Below, piece after piece: positions 49,616-59,147 of a DNA stretch of 64,000 nt. The notes beneath the pieces are model-generated. The model was not told where the DNA came from. It searched no databases and worked only from the letters and a program-made list of their open reading frames with translations. This DNA comes from Candidatus Eiseniibacteriota bacterium. GTDB lineage: Bacteria; Eisenbacteria; RBG-16-71-46. The DNA is taken from the NCBI GenBank assembly GCA_963725865.1, contig CAVSAC010000014.1, positions 224,001 to 288,000 on the forward strand. The letters run 5' to 3'. Every line of letters starts with the position of its first letter. Position 1 is the first letter of the stretch. The position numbers and the translations under genes were made by a program.

Positions 49616-50625
49616 CAGAATCGGACTCCCAGCGTCACGCGGTGGACCGCGCCGAGCGCGCCACCGTCGGTATAGGCGTAGTCGAGATTGCCGTTCAGGG
49701 ATCCGATGCCGCCGGCGAACCCGGCACCCGTGGACAGCTTGAGGGCATCGGCGTTGAAGTTGTACCCGCCCCGCAGCGCAAACATGCGCTTCCAGCCCCA
49801 CTCCATCCCGCTCTTGACGATCTGCTGGTTGTCGGCCGGCTGGTCGATCTCGAGCGAGTAGGTCAGGCGCTGGTCGGCGCGCTCGATCGCCTCGAACGCG
49901 AGCCCGTAGCGGAACATGGTCGGCGAGTCGAACCCGTCGTAGGAGCGGCGCTCGCCGGTGTAGGGCGAGACGTAGGTGCCCGACGGCTTCAGCTGGCTGC
50001 CGAAGTTCGAGAGCGAAGTCGCGATGCGCACGCTGCCGTACCCGAGGTAGTAGATCGACCCGATGTCGAACATCGCGGCGCTCGTGGTCGGACCCCCGAC
50101 GTCCGAGCCCAGGTCCTCGTGCAGCATCTTGACGCCGAAGCCGACCAGCAGCTTGTCGGTCCAGCGCCGTGCGTAGGCGACGCCCGCGATGGCGTCGGAG
50201 TAGTAGAACGAGCGCCCGGTGCCGAATGGCTGCAACTCGCTGGTCTCGTCGATCTGGGTCGACAGCACCCCGAACTGGAGGGCCAGCGATCCACCCAACC
50301 GGCGCACCGGCATCACGTACGCGATGTGCTCGAAGCGGATGTCGGCCGGCCACTCGACGTGCGAGATCGCGATCTCCTGGCGCTGCATCGAGGCGAGCCC
50401 GGCGGGATTCCAGTACACGGCGGTCGGATCGTTGGCGACCGCGACGAACGACTCGCCGAGCGCGGTCGCCCGCGCGCCGACGGCGATCTTGAGGAACGTG
50501 CCCGACGAGGTGCCGGCGCGCTGCTGGCCGAGCGTGAACTGCGCGCGCGCGGGCACGACGACGCACGCTCCGGCGACCAGCGCGAGGCTCAGCGCGACCC
50601 GGGCCCGCTGGCTAGAAGTCCACAT
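49615..50625 (-). CDS. PorV/PorQ-family outer-membrane beta-barrel
   Basis: FLKIAVGARATALGESFVAVANDPTAVYWNPAGLA, FDIG, LRGGY, LDYAY...LG.VHRVTL, C-terminal Phe. Confidence 0.88.
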   Translation of the reverse strand: MWTSSQRARVALSLALVAGACVVVPARAQFTLGQQRAGTSSGTFLKIAVGARATALGESFVAVANDPTAVYWNPAGLASMQRQEIAISHVEWPADIRFEHIAYVMPVRRLGGSLALQFGVLSTQIDETSELQPFGTGRSFYYSDAIAGVAYARRWTDKLLVGFGVKMLHEDLGSDVGGPTTSAAMFDIGSIYYLGYGSVRIATSLSNFGSQLKPSGTYVSPYTGERRSYDGFDSPTMFRYGLAFEAIERADQRLTYSLEIDQPADNQQIVKSGMEWGWKRMFALRGGYNFNADALKLSTGAGFAGGIGSLNGNLDYAYTDGGALGAVHRVTLGVRF

Positions 50626-53395
50626 CGAGCGAGAGCCTCCATTGGGCGCCGGGGCCGTAGTTCGAGGGATCTTCGACCTGCGAGGTACGCAGGTAGTCGG
50701 TGACGCCCTGGAACTGAGTCGGGTCGTAGATGCCCTCGCCCCAGATCCGCCCCCTCCCGGTCACCGGATCGATCCGGTAGATCAGGTGGTTGTTGAAGAT
50801 GTTCGTGCCCGCCAGGCTCACGTCCCACCGGCGCCCGGCGAGCTTGAACCAGCGATTGAGCTTCATGTCGGAGGTGACCTGGAACGGGCCGTTCTCGGAG
50901 TTGGGCTCCGCGGCCTGCGTGCTGGTCAGGCTGAGCGGCGTGAAGGCGCGCCCCGAGGTGCCCTGGATGTAGAGATTGAGCCCCGCTTGCCGCGCCCACG
51001 CGAGCCCGCCGGGCGTGTCCTTGTCGAATCGCAGGTCGAAGTTGAGCGCCAGCTTGTGGGGCCGGTTCCAGCGCACGAACGTCTCGGACAGCCGCGTCTC
51101 GGCGGCGTCGCCGCCGTTCTCCTTCACGACGCGCTGCTCGTTCGCGTCGCTGCTCTTGCCCTTGGTCTGCTGGAACGTGTACGTGAGCTTCGCCGACCAG
51201 TGGCTGCTGCGGCGCTTCTCGAGCTCGATCTCGAAGCCCTTCGAGCGCGCGAAGTGACCGTTCAGGTACACGAAGATGTCCACCAGGCTGGTGCCCTGCG
51301 AGCGCTGGAACGTGGTCGCGGTCGGATAGTCGTACACGTCCTTCACGAAGAACGTCACGTTCGCCGCCGCGGTGCTCGCGAACTGGTGCTTCGCGCCCAC
51401 TTCGTAGTTCACCGAGACCTGCGGGTTCAGGTTCGGGTTGCCGAGCAGCGGGAACGACTCGCTCGAGATCGAGTTGAGCTTGGAGTAGACGTAGCGGTAC
51501 GAGGGGATCTGGGTGAACTGCCCGTAGTTGAAGAAGAACGAGCTGTTCTCGGTGATCGGATGCGCCACGATCACGCGCGGCGAGATCTTGAGCTTGTAGC
51601 GGCGGCCGAAGAACGAGCGTGTGTCGGTGTAGAAGTCCGAGCGGGTGGTGGGCGAGATGTTGGCGTTCGAGGTGTCCGCCATCAGCGCCTCGGCCTCGCG
51701 GCCGACGAACCAGTAGTCCGCGCGCACGCCGACGTTCGCGGTGAAACCCTCGTATTCGAGCCGGTCGCGCAGGAACAGATTGCCGACCATCGGATGCACC
51801 CGCCACAGGTCGTGCGCGCCACCGAGGCCGTTCGGATCGAACACCCACGGATCCTGGATGGTGATGTACTGCACGCTCTGCCACTGGTGCTCGAGGCCCA
51901 GCTCCAGTTCGTGCCGCTTCATGCGCTGCACGTACGTCCATTGGAGCCCGTACGAGGTGGTGCGGCGGTCCGACCAGGTGTTGTCGTCGCCCGAGTCGAC
52001 GAAGTAGTCCGCGCGCTGAGTCGAGTCCGGCAACGAGCGGTCGTCCGGCTCCTCGTACTCCCACCACATCTTGCCCTGCACGTCCTGACGCTGCGCGTAG
52101 AAGTAGCGCGAGAACTGCAGCTCGGTGTAGCCGGTGGTCGAGAGCGTGCGGCGCCACTCGAGTGAGGACTGGGTGTTGTCCTCGAAGATGGTCCCGGAGT
52201 GCGCGATCCGGTGCGCCCACTGCCACGGATACGCGGGATCGCTCTGGTCGCCGCCCGCGGTGATGAACGTGCGGCTGAAGCCCTGGTCGATCCCGATGCG
52301 CTTCGAGAAGTCGAGCGCGACCTTGTCGCGCGCGTTCGGTTTCCAGGTCAGCCCGTAGCGGCCGGACCACCGATTGTCCTGCGAGGGGCTCATGCTCTGC
52401 GGGTACTTGAAGCGATAGCCGAAGAACGCGTCCTCGTACGAGGTGCGCAGGCCGTAGTGCGGCGCCTTGTCGAACAGGTGGTTGAACATCGTGCCCTGCT
52501 CGCCAAGGTACCCGAAGCGAGTCGCGTAGAAACTGCCGGTCAGGTCGACGATCGAGGTCACCGTGCCCGGCACCTTGACCCCGAGCGCCTTCAGCCCCGG
52601 GCGCCACAGCGGGTCGGGTCCGCCCAGCACCAGCTGCCACGCCCGGCCGCCGTAGGAGCCCCCGCTGGTCGTGAGCCCGCCCGCGAGGCGATCGCTGCCC
52701 TCCTTGAGCTTGATCTCGACCACGCCCGAGAGCGCGTTGCCGTAGCGCACGTCGTAGGCGCCGGTGGCCACGTTCACCTCGGCCACGGAGCGGGCGGAGA
52801 GCTGGCCGGCGGTCGACTGCCCGGTCACCAGGTCGCGGTTCGCCACGCCGTTCACCACGAAGATGGTCTCGTCGGCGCGGCCGCCGCGCACGTGGATCTG
52901 CTCGGCGTCGCTGCTGATGCCCGCCTGCTGCTGCAACACGTCGCCGATCGTCTGGACCGGGAGGTTGCGGATCTCGTTCGCGCTCACGCTGCGGATGGTG
53001 GCGCCCTGCTTCACCTCCACCAGGCGCCGCTCCGCGGTCACCTCGATCGCCTTCTCCTCGCGCACCACGACCTCGTCGAGTGCGAAGTTGACGATCGCGG
53101 GCCGCCCGGCGACGACCACCACGCCGGCGTGCAGGTCGGCACGGTATCCCAGGAACTGGACCTTGACGTCGTAGGTGCCGGGCGCCAGGCCGCCGATCAG
53201 GTACTGGCCTTCGGAGTCGGTCAGGCCACCCTTGGGCACACCCACGATGGAGACGGTCGCGAATGCGAGCGCGTGACCGCTGCGCTTGTCGGTCACACGT
53301 CCGGAAATACCGCCCTTGTCCTGAGCCCAGACGGCACAGGCCAGGACGCTGGACAGCAAGATGCAGAAGGCGAGGACGCCGATCGGTCGTGTCAT
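50612..53395 (-). CDS. TonB-dependent receptor with N-terminal carboxypeptidase-regulatory-like domain
   Basis: GGISGRVTD...GQYLI..L.PGTY, plug IHVRGGRADE..F.VNG, YGNALSGVV, ISPRV...HPIT, GNPNLNPQ..VNYEVG, NIFN, C-terminal DVDF. Confidence 0.92.
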   Translation of the reverse strand: MTRPIGVLAFCILLSSVLACAVWAQDKGGISGRVTDKRSGHALAFATVSIVGVPKGGLTDSEGQYLIGGLAPGTYDVKVQFLGYRADLHAGVVVVAGRPAIVNFALDEVVVREEKAIEVTAERRLVEVKQGATIRSVSANEIRNLPVQTIGDVLQQQAGISSDAEQIHVRGGRADETIFVVNGVANRDLVTGQSTAGQLSARSVAEVNVATGAYDVRYGNALSGVVEIKLKEGSDRLAGGLTTSGGSYGGRAWQLVLGGPDPLWRPGLKALGVKVPGTVTSIVDLTGSFYATRFGYLGEQGTMFNHLFDKAPHYGLRTSYEDAFFGYRFKYPQSMSPSQDNRWSGRYGLTWKPNARDKVALDFSKRIGIDQGFSRTFITAGGDQSDPAYPWQWAHRIAHSGTIFEDNTQSSLEWRRTLSTTGYTELQFSRYFYAQRQDVQGKMWWEYEEPDDRSLPDSTQRADYFVDSGDDNTWSDRRTTSYGLQWTYVQRMKRHELELGLEHQWQSVQYITIQDPWVFDPNGLGGAHDLWRVHPMVGNLFLRDRLEYEGFTANVGVRADYWFVGREAEALMADTSNANISPTTRSDFYTDTRSFFGRRYKLKISPRVIVAHPITENSSFFFNYGQFTQIPSYRYVYSKLNSISSESFPLLGNPNLNPQVSVNYEVGAKHQFASTAAANVTFFVKDVYDYPTATTFQRSQGTSLVDIFVYLNGHFARSKGFEIELEKRRSSHWSAKLTYTFQQTKGKSSDANEQRVVKENGGDAAETRLSETFVRWNRPHKLALNFDLRFDKDTPGGLAWARQAGLNLYIQGTSGRAFTPLSLTSTQAAEPNSENGPFQVTSDMKLNRWFKLAGRRWDVSLAGTNIFNNHLIYRIDPVTGRGRIWGEGIYDPTQFQGVTDYLRTSQVEDPSNYGPGAQWRLSLDVDF

Positions 53396-53431
53396 CTCGA
53401 GTGCCAGACGTTGAGCCGTAGGGGGACGGAG

Positions 53432-53460
53432 ACCGTATAGGCCGGCCGCTCCGGGGTCAA
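53432..53460 (-). promoter_or_regulatory. Sigma70-like promoter upstream of the TonB-dependent receptor
   Basis: Minus strand TTGACC-N17-TACGGT. Confidence 0.55.
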
Positions 53461-53532
53461 GTGTACTCACCGCACGCGGATGCGTGCGAGCGCCGAGTCG
53501 TGCCGCGTCGAACCCCCGCTGGCCGGCGTCGG

Positions 53533-55512
53533 TCAGAACGATTCACGATCCGATTTCACGATCAGGAACTTTCCCTGCTGAGTGCGCCCGCCGTCGAGAT
53601 CCTCGACCGAGAACAGGTACAGGCCACTCGCCGCCGCCTGCCCCTCCCGCGTGATCAGATCCCACGCGAAGGACGCGCCCGACATCGCTGGCGGGCCGGT
53701 GTCGCGGTCCTGGTTCGGATCGTAGAGCCCGCGGGCTCCCTCGCCCCGATAGCGGTCGCCGTCGAACCGCGTGTCGAACACCAGGTCACCCGCCAGGGTG
53801 TAGATCCTCAGCACGCAGCGGCGCGGCAGGTTCGCGAACCACAGGTAGTGGTCGCGCACCAGCGTGCCCCGATCCCAGCGCGCCTCGACGCGGTACGGAT
53901 TCGGATACACGGTCACGCCTCCCCGCCGTGCGCCGGGCGCGGGATTCGGGACCGCCATGAACTTGTTCTGCCCGACGCCGCTCTCGAGACTGGTGGTCTG
54001 GGCGTCGCCGATGTCGTACGCGGTCACCGCGCCCCAGTACGAGAAGCCGTCCCGCAGCTGGTCGGCCCGCAGGTGGTACGGGTACGCGATCCCGTCGAAG
54101 AACTTCGGGGTGGGCAGGCGGACCGCGTCGAGCCCGGTGTTGAAGCCAGTGGTGTCCGAGAGGTCGTACTGCGCGATCCGCGTGGGGTTCTGCCGGTCGG
54201 ACGACAGATAGACGCGATAGCCCTCGAAATCCCGGCCCCCCGGCATCGGGCTGGTGGGATCGGACGCGCTCTCCGAGGAATCGTCCCAGTACAGGTCGAC
54301 GCACCGCGCTCCGGTCTCGACGTGCAGCCGCGGCGACGGCGGGGGCGCGGGCAGCCGGTAGCCGATGTCGTACGCGAATTGCGCGTAGTCGGCGCTCGCC
54401 GTCAATCCGGCCTCGTCGTCGCCGCCGACGAAAGCGAAGTCGATCGTGATCGAGTCCTCGGGAGCGATGGACGAGAACGGGCCGACCGACAGCACCATGA
54501 TCGGCGAGCAGCCCGCCCCCGGCACGCAGGTGCGCGGATCCATCCGCGCGCCGTTCGAGAGGACGCCGTAGCGCTTGAGGTCGCTGTCGCGCGCGGTGTC
54601 ACCGGGACTGAACGACCACCAGTTGAAGCTGACCGTGCGCGAGTCGATGCCGCCGGGCCGCGCGCCCAGCAGCCGCACGCCCGCCCACGGCGGGCAGTAC
54701 GGCACGTCGCAGCCCGCGGGCACCGGCAGCGCGGCGCAGAAGCGTTCGCGGTAGAGCCGGCGCGTGGCGTCGAAGTCGGCGTAGGTGCGGTAGTACCACG
54801 AGCCCGGCCCCGAGGTGGCCGAGGGCGGCCACGTGGAGTAGGCGTTCTTGGGACCGCTCACCAGCTGCGCGTAGAGCCCGACCCACGCGTCCTGCAGAGG
54901 CGGGCCGTGGTTCACGATCGTGAACTGGACCGCGACGAAGCCGTCCGCGGCCTGCAGCCCGAACGACAGCACGCGCTGGCGCACCTCGATCTGCAGTGGG
55001 GTGTGGCGCTCGTTCTGATAGCCCGACGCCGGCTTGGCCGGAGTGTCGCGGTACACGCAGAGCAGGTCCTCGTCCGAGATCGCGTCGGGCGAGTAGAACC
55101 GGCTGTTCGAGATGCGCGAGCGGCGGCTGATCTCCACGCCGGCGGGCGTGAACTCGGTCTCGGACGGACCGCCGGAGCCCTGGGTGTTGTCGACCACCGC
55201 GCTCGAGACGCCCGTGAATCGGCCGGTGTCCGAGAGCGCGATCGCGCCCACCCACAGCCCGGCGCGCGCCATGTGCTCGTAGCCGGTGCCGACCGGGAAC
55301 TCGAACGAGGGGGCACGTGAGACGAAGTTGTTCCCGAAGAAGCCGTAGTTCGAGATCGTCAGCCCCACGCGGTTCATCGAGGTGTAGGCGATCGCGTACT
55401 TGACGGTGTCGGCCTGCGCGCCGGCTCCGGCGGGGGCGGGTGTCGCGGCCGTCAGCACGGCGGCGGTCAGCAGGCAGGCGAGCGGGGCGCGGCACGCGGC
55501 GGGGGGACGCAT
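53533..55512 (-). CDS. Secreted protein with T9SS-like C-terminal domain (paralog B of 46457..48472)
   Basis: Signal peptide, colinear with paralog A (SNYGFFGNNF.SR.PS.E.P.GTG.EH, NAYS.WPPS...GPGSW, PNPYRVEARWDRG.LVRDHYLWFANLP, GKFLIVKSDRESF). Confidence 0.85.
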   Translation of the reverse strand: MRPPAACRAPLACLLTAAVLTAATPAPAGAGAQADTVKYAIAYTSMNRVGLTISNYGFFGNNFVSRAPSFEFPVGTGYEHMARAGLWVGAIALSDTGRFTGVSSAVVDNTQGSGGPSETEFTPAGVEISRRSRISNSRFYSPDAISDEDLLCVYRDTPAKPASGYQNERHTPLQIEVRQRVLSFGLQAADGFVAVQFTIVNHGPPLQDAWVGLYAQLVSGPKNAYSTWPPSATSGPGSWYYRTYADFDATRRLYRERFCAALPVPAGCDVPYCPPWAGVRLLGARPGGIDSRTVSFNWWSFSPGDTARDSDLKRYGVLSNGARMDPRTCVPGAGCSPIMVLSVGPFSSIAPEDSITIDFAFVGGDDEAGLTASADYAQFAYDIGYRLPAPPPSPRLHVETGARCVDLYWDDSSESASDPTSPMPGGRDFEGYRVYLSSDRQNPTRIAQYDLSDTTGFNTGLDAVRLPTPKFFDGIAYPYHLRADQLRDGFSYWGAVTAYDIGDAQTTSLESGVGQNKFMAVPNPAPGARRGGVTVYPNPYRVEARWDRGTLVRDHYLWFANLPRRCVLRIYTLAGDLVFDTRFDGDRYRGEGARGLYDPNQDRDTGPPAMSGASFAWDLITREGQAAASGLYLFSVEDLDGGRTQQGKFLIVKSDRESF

Positions 55513-55515
55513 GGC

Positions 55516-56592
55516 CTACATGCTCGTGATGCGGCGGTCGTACTCGTCGGGGAACTCTTCCATGAAGATCCGGTCGATCTCCAGGTTCACCTCGCGCAGC
55601 ATGCGGGCCTTCTGCGCGTACGGCATGAAGGAGGACTTGAACCCGTTGATGATGATGCGCTTGATCTCGTACGGCGTGAGCCGGAACGCGCGCGCCGCCA
55701 GGAAGATCTCCCTCGACACCGTGGTGTTCGAGACCAGCCGGTTGTCGGTGTTGAGCGTCACGCGCAGGCCCTGGCGGAAGTAGAAGCCGAACGGGTGCTC
55801 GCGCACGCCGCGCACCGCGCGGGTCTGTACGTTCGACGACACGCAGACCTCGAGCGGGATGCGGTGGTCGTTCACGTAGCGCATCAGATCCGGGTCCTCG
55901 AGCAGCCGCGTGCCGTGGCCGATGCGATGGGCGCCGCAGTAGTGCAGCGCCTGCGAGATGCTGGCGGCCCCGAACGCCTCCCCCGCGTGCACCGTGCTGT
56001 TGATGTTCTTCTTGAGGATCAACTGGAACGCCTCGCGGTGGGCCTTGGCCGGATAGTCCTTCTCCTGCCCCGCGAGATCGAACGCGAGCACGCCGCGGCC
56101 CTTGTAGGCCACCGCCAGCTCCGCCAGCTCCAGCGACACCCGGGGGTCCATCGAGCGGATCCCGCACACGATCACGCCGGTCGAGACCCGGTACTTGGTG
56201 CCGGCGTCCCTCAGCCCCGCGATCACCGGGTCGACGATGTCGCCGAAGCCGAGCTTGCGCTTGCGATGGAGGATCGGCGAGTAGCGCACCTCCAGGTGCC
56301 GTACGCCCTCGGCCGCCGCGTCCTCGGCGAGCTCGTACGAGATCCGGTAGAGCGCCTCCTTCTCCTGCATCACCGCGAGCGTGTGATCGAAGATCTTGAG
56401 GTAGTCCGCCAGATTGCGCGTGCGCGAGCCCGCCTGCAGCCAGTGCGTGACGCGGCGCAGCCCGCTCACCGGGAGCCGGTAGCCCTGGGCGGTGGCGAGC
56501 TCGAGGAACGTGGCCGGTCGCAGCGAGCCATCGAGATGGCAGTGGATGTCGGTCTTGGGGAGCCTGTGGATGACCCGATGGGAGAGTCGCAT
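55516..56592 (-). CDS. add: Adenosine deaminase
   Basis: LPKTDIHCHLDGS, FDLAG.E, TVHAGE, RIGHG, LEVC.SSN, NTDN. Confidence 0.93.
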   Translation of the reverse strand: MRLSHRVIHRLPKTDIHCHLDGSLRPATFLELATAQGYRLPVSGLRRVTHWLQAGSRTRNLADYLKIFDHTLAVMQEKEALYRISYELAEDAAAEGVRHLEVRYSPILHRKRKLGFGDIVDPVIAGLRDAGTKYRVSTGVIVCGIRSMDPRVSLELAELAVAYKGRGVLAFDLAGQEKDYPAKAHREAFQLILKKNINSTVHAGEAFGAASISQALHYCGAHRIGHGTRLLEDPDLMRYVNDHRIPLEVCVSSNVQTRAVRGVREHPFGFYFRQGLRVTLNTDNRLVSNTTVSREIFLAARAFRLTPYEIKRIIINGFKSSFMPYAQKARMLREVNLEIDRIFMEEFPDEYDRRITSM

Positions 56593-56642
56593 GAGCCTCG
56601 TCGATATCACGGCGCCTGGCGGCGCCTGCTGCGCGCGGCGGC

Positions 56643-57197
56643 CTAGCGGCCGCGTTCGAGCGCCATGATCTTCTGGACGCGGCGCTCGTGACGGCCGCCG
56701 CCGAATGGAGTCGTCAGGAACAGCTTCACCAGCCGCTGCGCCAGGCCGCGATTCACGACCTTGGCGCCGAGCGCCATGATGTTGGCGTCGTTGTGTTCGC
56801 GACTGTTGAGCGCGGTCGCGTCGTCGTGCACCAGCGCACAGCGCGCGCCCGGCACCTTGTTCGCCGCCATCGAGGAGCCGATGCCGGCCGCGTCGATCAC
56901 CACCCCGCGCGCGCAACGTCCGGCTGCGACCTCGCGCGCCACCGCGGCGGCGATGTCGGGATAGTCCACCGCGTCGGTGGACCAGGTGCCGCAATCGTGG
57001 ACCGTCCAGCCCAGCTCGTCCCCGATGTACTGCTTGAGGATCTCCTTGAGCGGGAAGCCCCCGTGATCCCCGCCGAGCGCGACCCGCCGCTCGGCGCCGG
57101 CCGGCCGCTCCGTGGCGGCGGCGGCATCGGGCCCGAGGGTGCGATCCACGACTTCGCGCACCAGGCGGCGGACATCGGACTCGTCGAGGTGGGACAT
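56643..57197 (-). CDS. rpiB: Ribose-5-phosphate isomerase B
   Basis: GGDHGG, VDYPD, DAAGIGSSMAANKVPG, SREHNDAN, GGRHERRV. Asp stands at the usual Cys position. Confidence 0.9.
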   Translation of the reverse strand: MSHLDESDVRRLVREVVDRTLGPDAAAATERPAGAERRVALGGDHGGFPLKEILKQYIGDELGWTVHDCGTWSTDAVDYPDIAAAVAREVAAGRCARGVVIDAAGIGSSMAANKVPGARCALVHDDATALNSREHNDANIMALGAKVVNRGLAQRLVKLFLTTPFGGGRHERRVQKIMALERGR

Positions 57198-57343
57198 GAT
57201 CGAGGGAGTCTAGGGACCGGTGCGCGGCGCGGTCAAGGCACGGCGCCCGCGGCGCGCGGGTGCGCGGCGGGCGGCGCTCGCGGTACAATGCCTGCCCGTC
57301 GCCGCGCCCCGCCCCCGGGTCGCCCACACCTCCAGGAGACCGC

Positions 57344-58714
57344 GTGAACCGTTCCATGCTGAGCTGGGTCGCTCCCGTCATGCTCCTCGCCGCGGCCGCA
57401 CTCGGCCCGCTCCCGGCTGCCGCGGCCGGCCCCACCACCCTTCCCGACAGCACCCGGGTCGACCAGTGGAGCCTTTCGAACGGCCTGCGGGTCACCACCC
57501 GCGAGGTCCCCGGCGCCAGCAGCGTGGCGATCACCGTGGCGTACGGCAGTGGCTCCGCCGCCGACCCGGTCGGGCGCGAGGGACTGGCCTGGCTGCTCGC
57601 CGAGGCGCGGTTCATGGCGGCGGCCGGCGACGTCCCGGAGCGCTCGCGCGGGGAGATGCAGAGCCTGCGGCCGGGCGGCTGGCGTGTGAAGGTGCTGCCG
57701 CGCGCCACCCTGTTCATCGAGCTCGCCACCCCGCAGCAGTTCCCGGGCGTGCTGCACCAGACCGCCACGCGGATGCGCGGGGTGCGACTCACCCCGGTGC
57801 TGATCGAGCAGGCGACCGCGGCCGTGCGCGGAGATCTCGGCGGCTTCTACGCCCGCGATCCCGACTCCGTGTCGTGGGCGCTGCCGCGCGAGCTGGCGGC
57901 GGGCGCCGACTCGGCGGCGCTCGCGCGCCTGGCGAGCGGCGGCGCGCTCGAGGCCGTGACCATGCGCGAGGTGGAGCGCGTGATGCGCGAGCGCTTCGTG
58001 CCGGCCAACGCGACGCTCGCCATCGCCGGCGAGTTCTCGGGGATCGACCTGCACGCGTTCCTCGAGCGCGAGTTCGGGAGCATCCCGGCGGGCACGCCAC
58101 CGCCACCCACGAAGGTGGCGCTGCGCCCCGCGGCCGCCACGCTGACCCTGCCGGGCCTGACCGCGCCGCTGGCGGTGGTCGGCGTCATCGCACCGGCGGT
58201 CACCGACATCGATCATGCCGAGTTCTACCTCGCCGCGCTGCTGATGGCCTCGCGGGCGCGGTCGCTGTGGGGCGACCCCCAGCCGCCCGGCACGTCGCGC
58301 TTCAAGTTCTCGCTCTTCGACGATCCGGATCTGGTGCGCTTCTACCCGCCCATCGATCCGGAGCAGGGCGACACCACCTGGGTCGGCGCGCGGCTCGAAG
58401 AGGTGCTGGATCCGATGTCCCGGACGGTGATCCCACCCGACGTGGTCGACGGCATCAAGCGCGGCGTGTACTGGCTGCTCGGCGGAGCGATGCCGTCCGA
58501 GCTCGCACGACGGGCGCCGGGCGACCCCGCCGTGATCACCAACTTGTCGAGCACCATGGCGATGCGCGCACTGTGGCAGCCGGAGTCGTTCTGGGCCGAG
58601 TATCGGACCCGCTTCGGGAACGTCGAGACCGTGCCCCTCGAGACCTGGGTGCGCTACGCGCTCGATCGCCAGCACCAGGTCAGGCTGGTGCTCGAGGCCG
58701 CCGCGGCCCGCTGA
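57344..58714 (+). CDS. Secreted M16-like protein lacking the HxxEH motif
   Basis: AGGAG then GTG, signal peptide, LSNGLRV, GSAADPVGREGLAWLLAE, FVPANATLAIAG. Confidence 0.75.
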   Translation: MNRSMLSWVAPVMLLAAAALGPLPAAAAGPTTLPDSTRVDQWSLSNGLRVTTREVPGASSVAITVAYGSGSAADPVGREGLAWLLAEARFMAAAGDVPERSRGEMQSLRPGGWRVKVLPRATLFIELATPQQFPGVLHQTATRMRGVRLTPVLIEQATAAVRGDLGGFYARDPDSVSWALPRELAAGADSAALARLASGGALEAVTMREVERVMRERFVPANATLAIAGEFSGIDLHAFLEREFGSIPAGTPPPPTKVALRPAAATLTLPGLTAPLAVVGVIAPAVTDIDHAEFYLAALLMASRARSLWGDPQPPGTSRFKFSLFDDPDLVRFYPPIDPEQGDTTWVGARLEEVLDPMSRTVIPPDVVDGIKRGVYWLLGGAMPSELARRAPGDPAVITNLSSTMAMRALWQPESFWAEYRTRFGNVETVPLETWVRYALDRQHQVRLVLEAAAAR

Positions 58715-58718
58715 GCGC

Positions 58719-59027
58719 TCACCCCGGCCGCGCGCGGTGCCGCGCCAGCTCCTCCATGCGGGTGGCGAGCGCGACGTCGCGGGCGGTGATGCCGCCGGCG
58801 TCGTGCGTCACGAGGTCCACCACCACCGTGTGGTAGACGTTCGACCACTCGGGATGGTGATCCATCGACTGGGCCACGATCGCGGCCTCGGTCATGAACC
58901 CCCACGCCTCGATGAAGTCCCTGAAGCGATACTCGCGGTGCAGCTTCTCCCCCACCACCTGCCAGCCGGGCAGCGCCGCCAACGCCGTGCGGAGCTCGGG
59001 CTCGGCGAGCCGGGCGATCGTCGCCAT
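58719..59027 (-). CDS. Pterin-4a-carbinolamine dehydratase
   Basis: F.DF..AWGFM, DHHPEWSNVY, THDAGGIT.RD. Confidence 0.94.
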   Translation of the reverse strand: MATIARLAEPELRTALAALPGWQVVGEKLHREYRFRDFIEAWGFMTEAAIVAQSMDHHPEWSNVYHTVVVDLVTHDAGGITARDVALATRMEELARHRARPG

Positions 59028-59147
59028 CGTGCGCCTCCTCTCCCGCGGCCGCTCGCCGCGTGCCCGGATTCGATGCATCGGGGCGGGCGCGCGATGCGCC
59101 CGCGCGCGCGTTGCTTCGCCGGGGGGTGGATGCTACCGTGCGCTTCC

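Noticed and set aside
46455..50566. Apparent fusions in the ORF track (44964..47921, 48473..50566, also 21776..24682, 55516..57792, 11209..13254)
   Set aside because: The upstream parts are Arg/Ala/Gly-rich off-frame reads of neighbouring genes. Internal starts with signal peptides or family N-termini explain them, so no frameshifting is needed.
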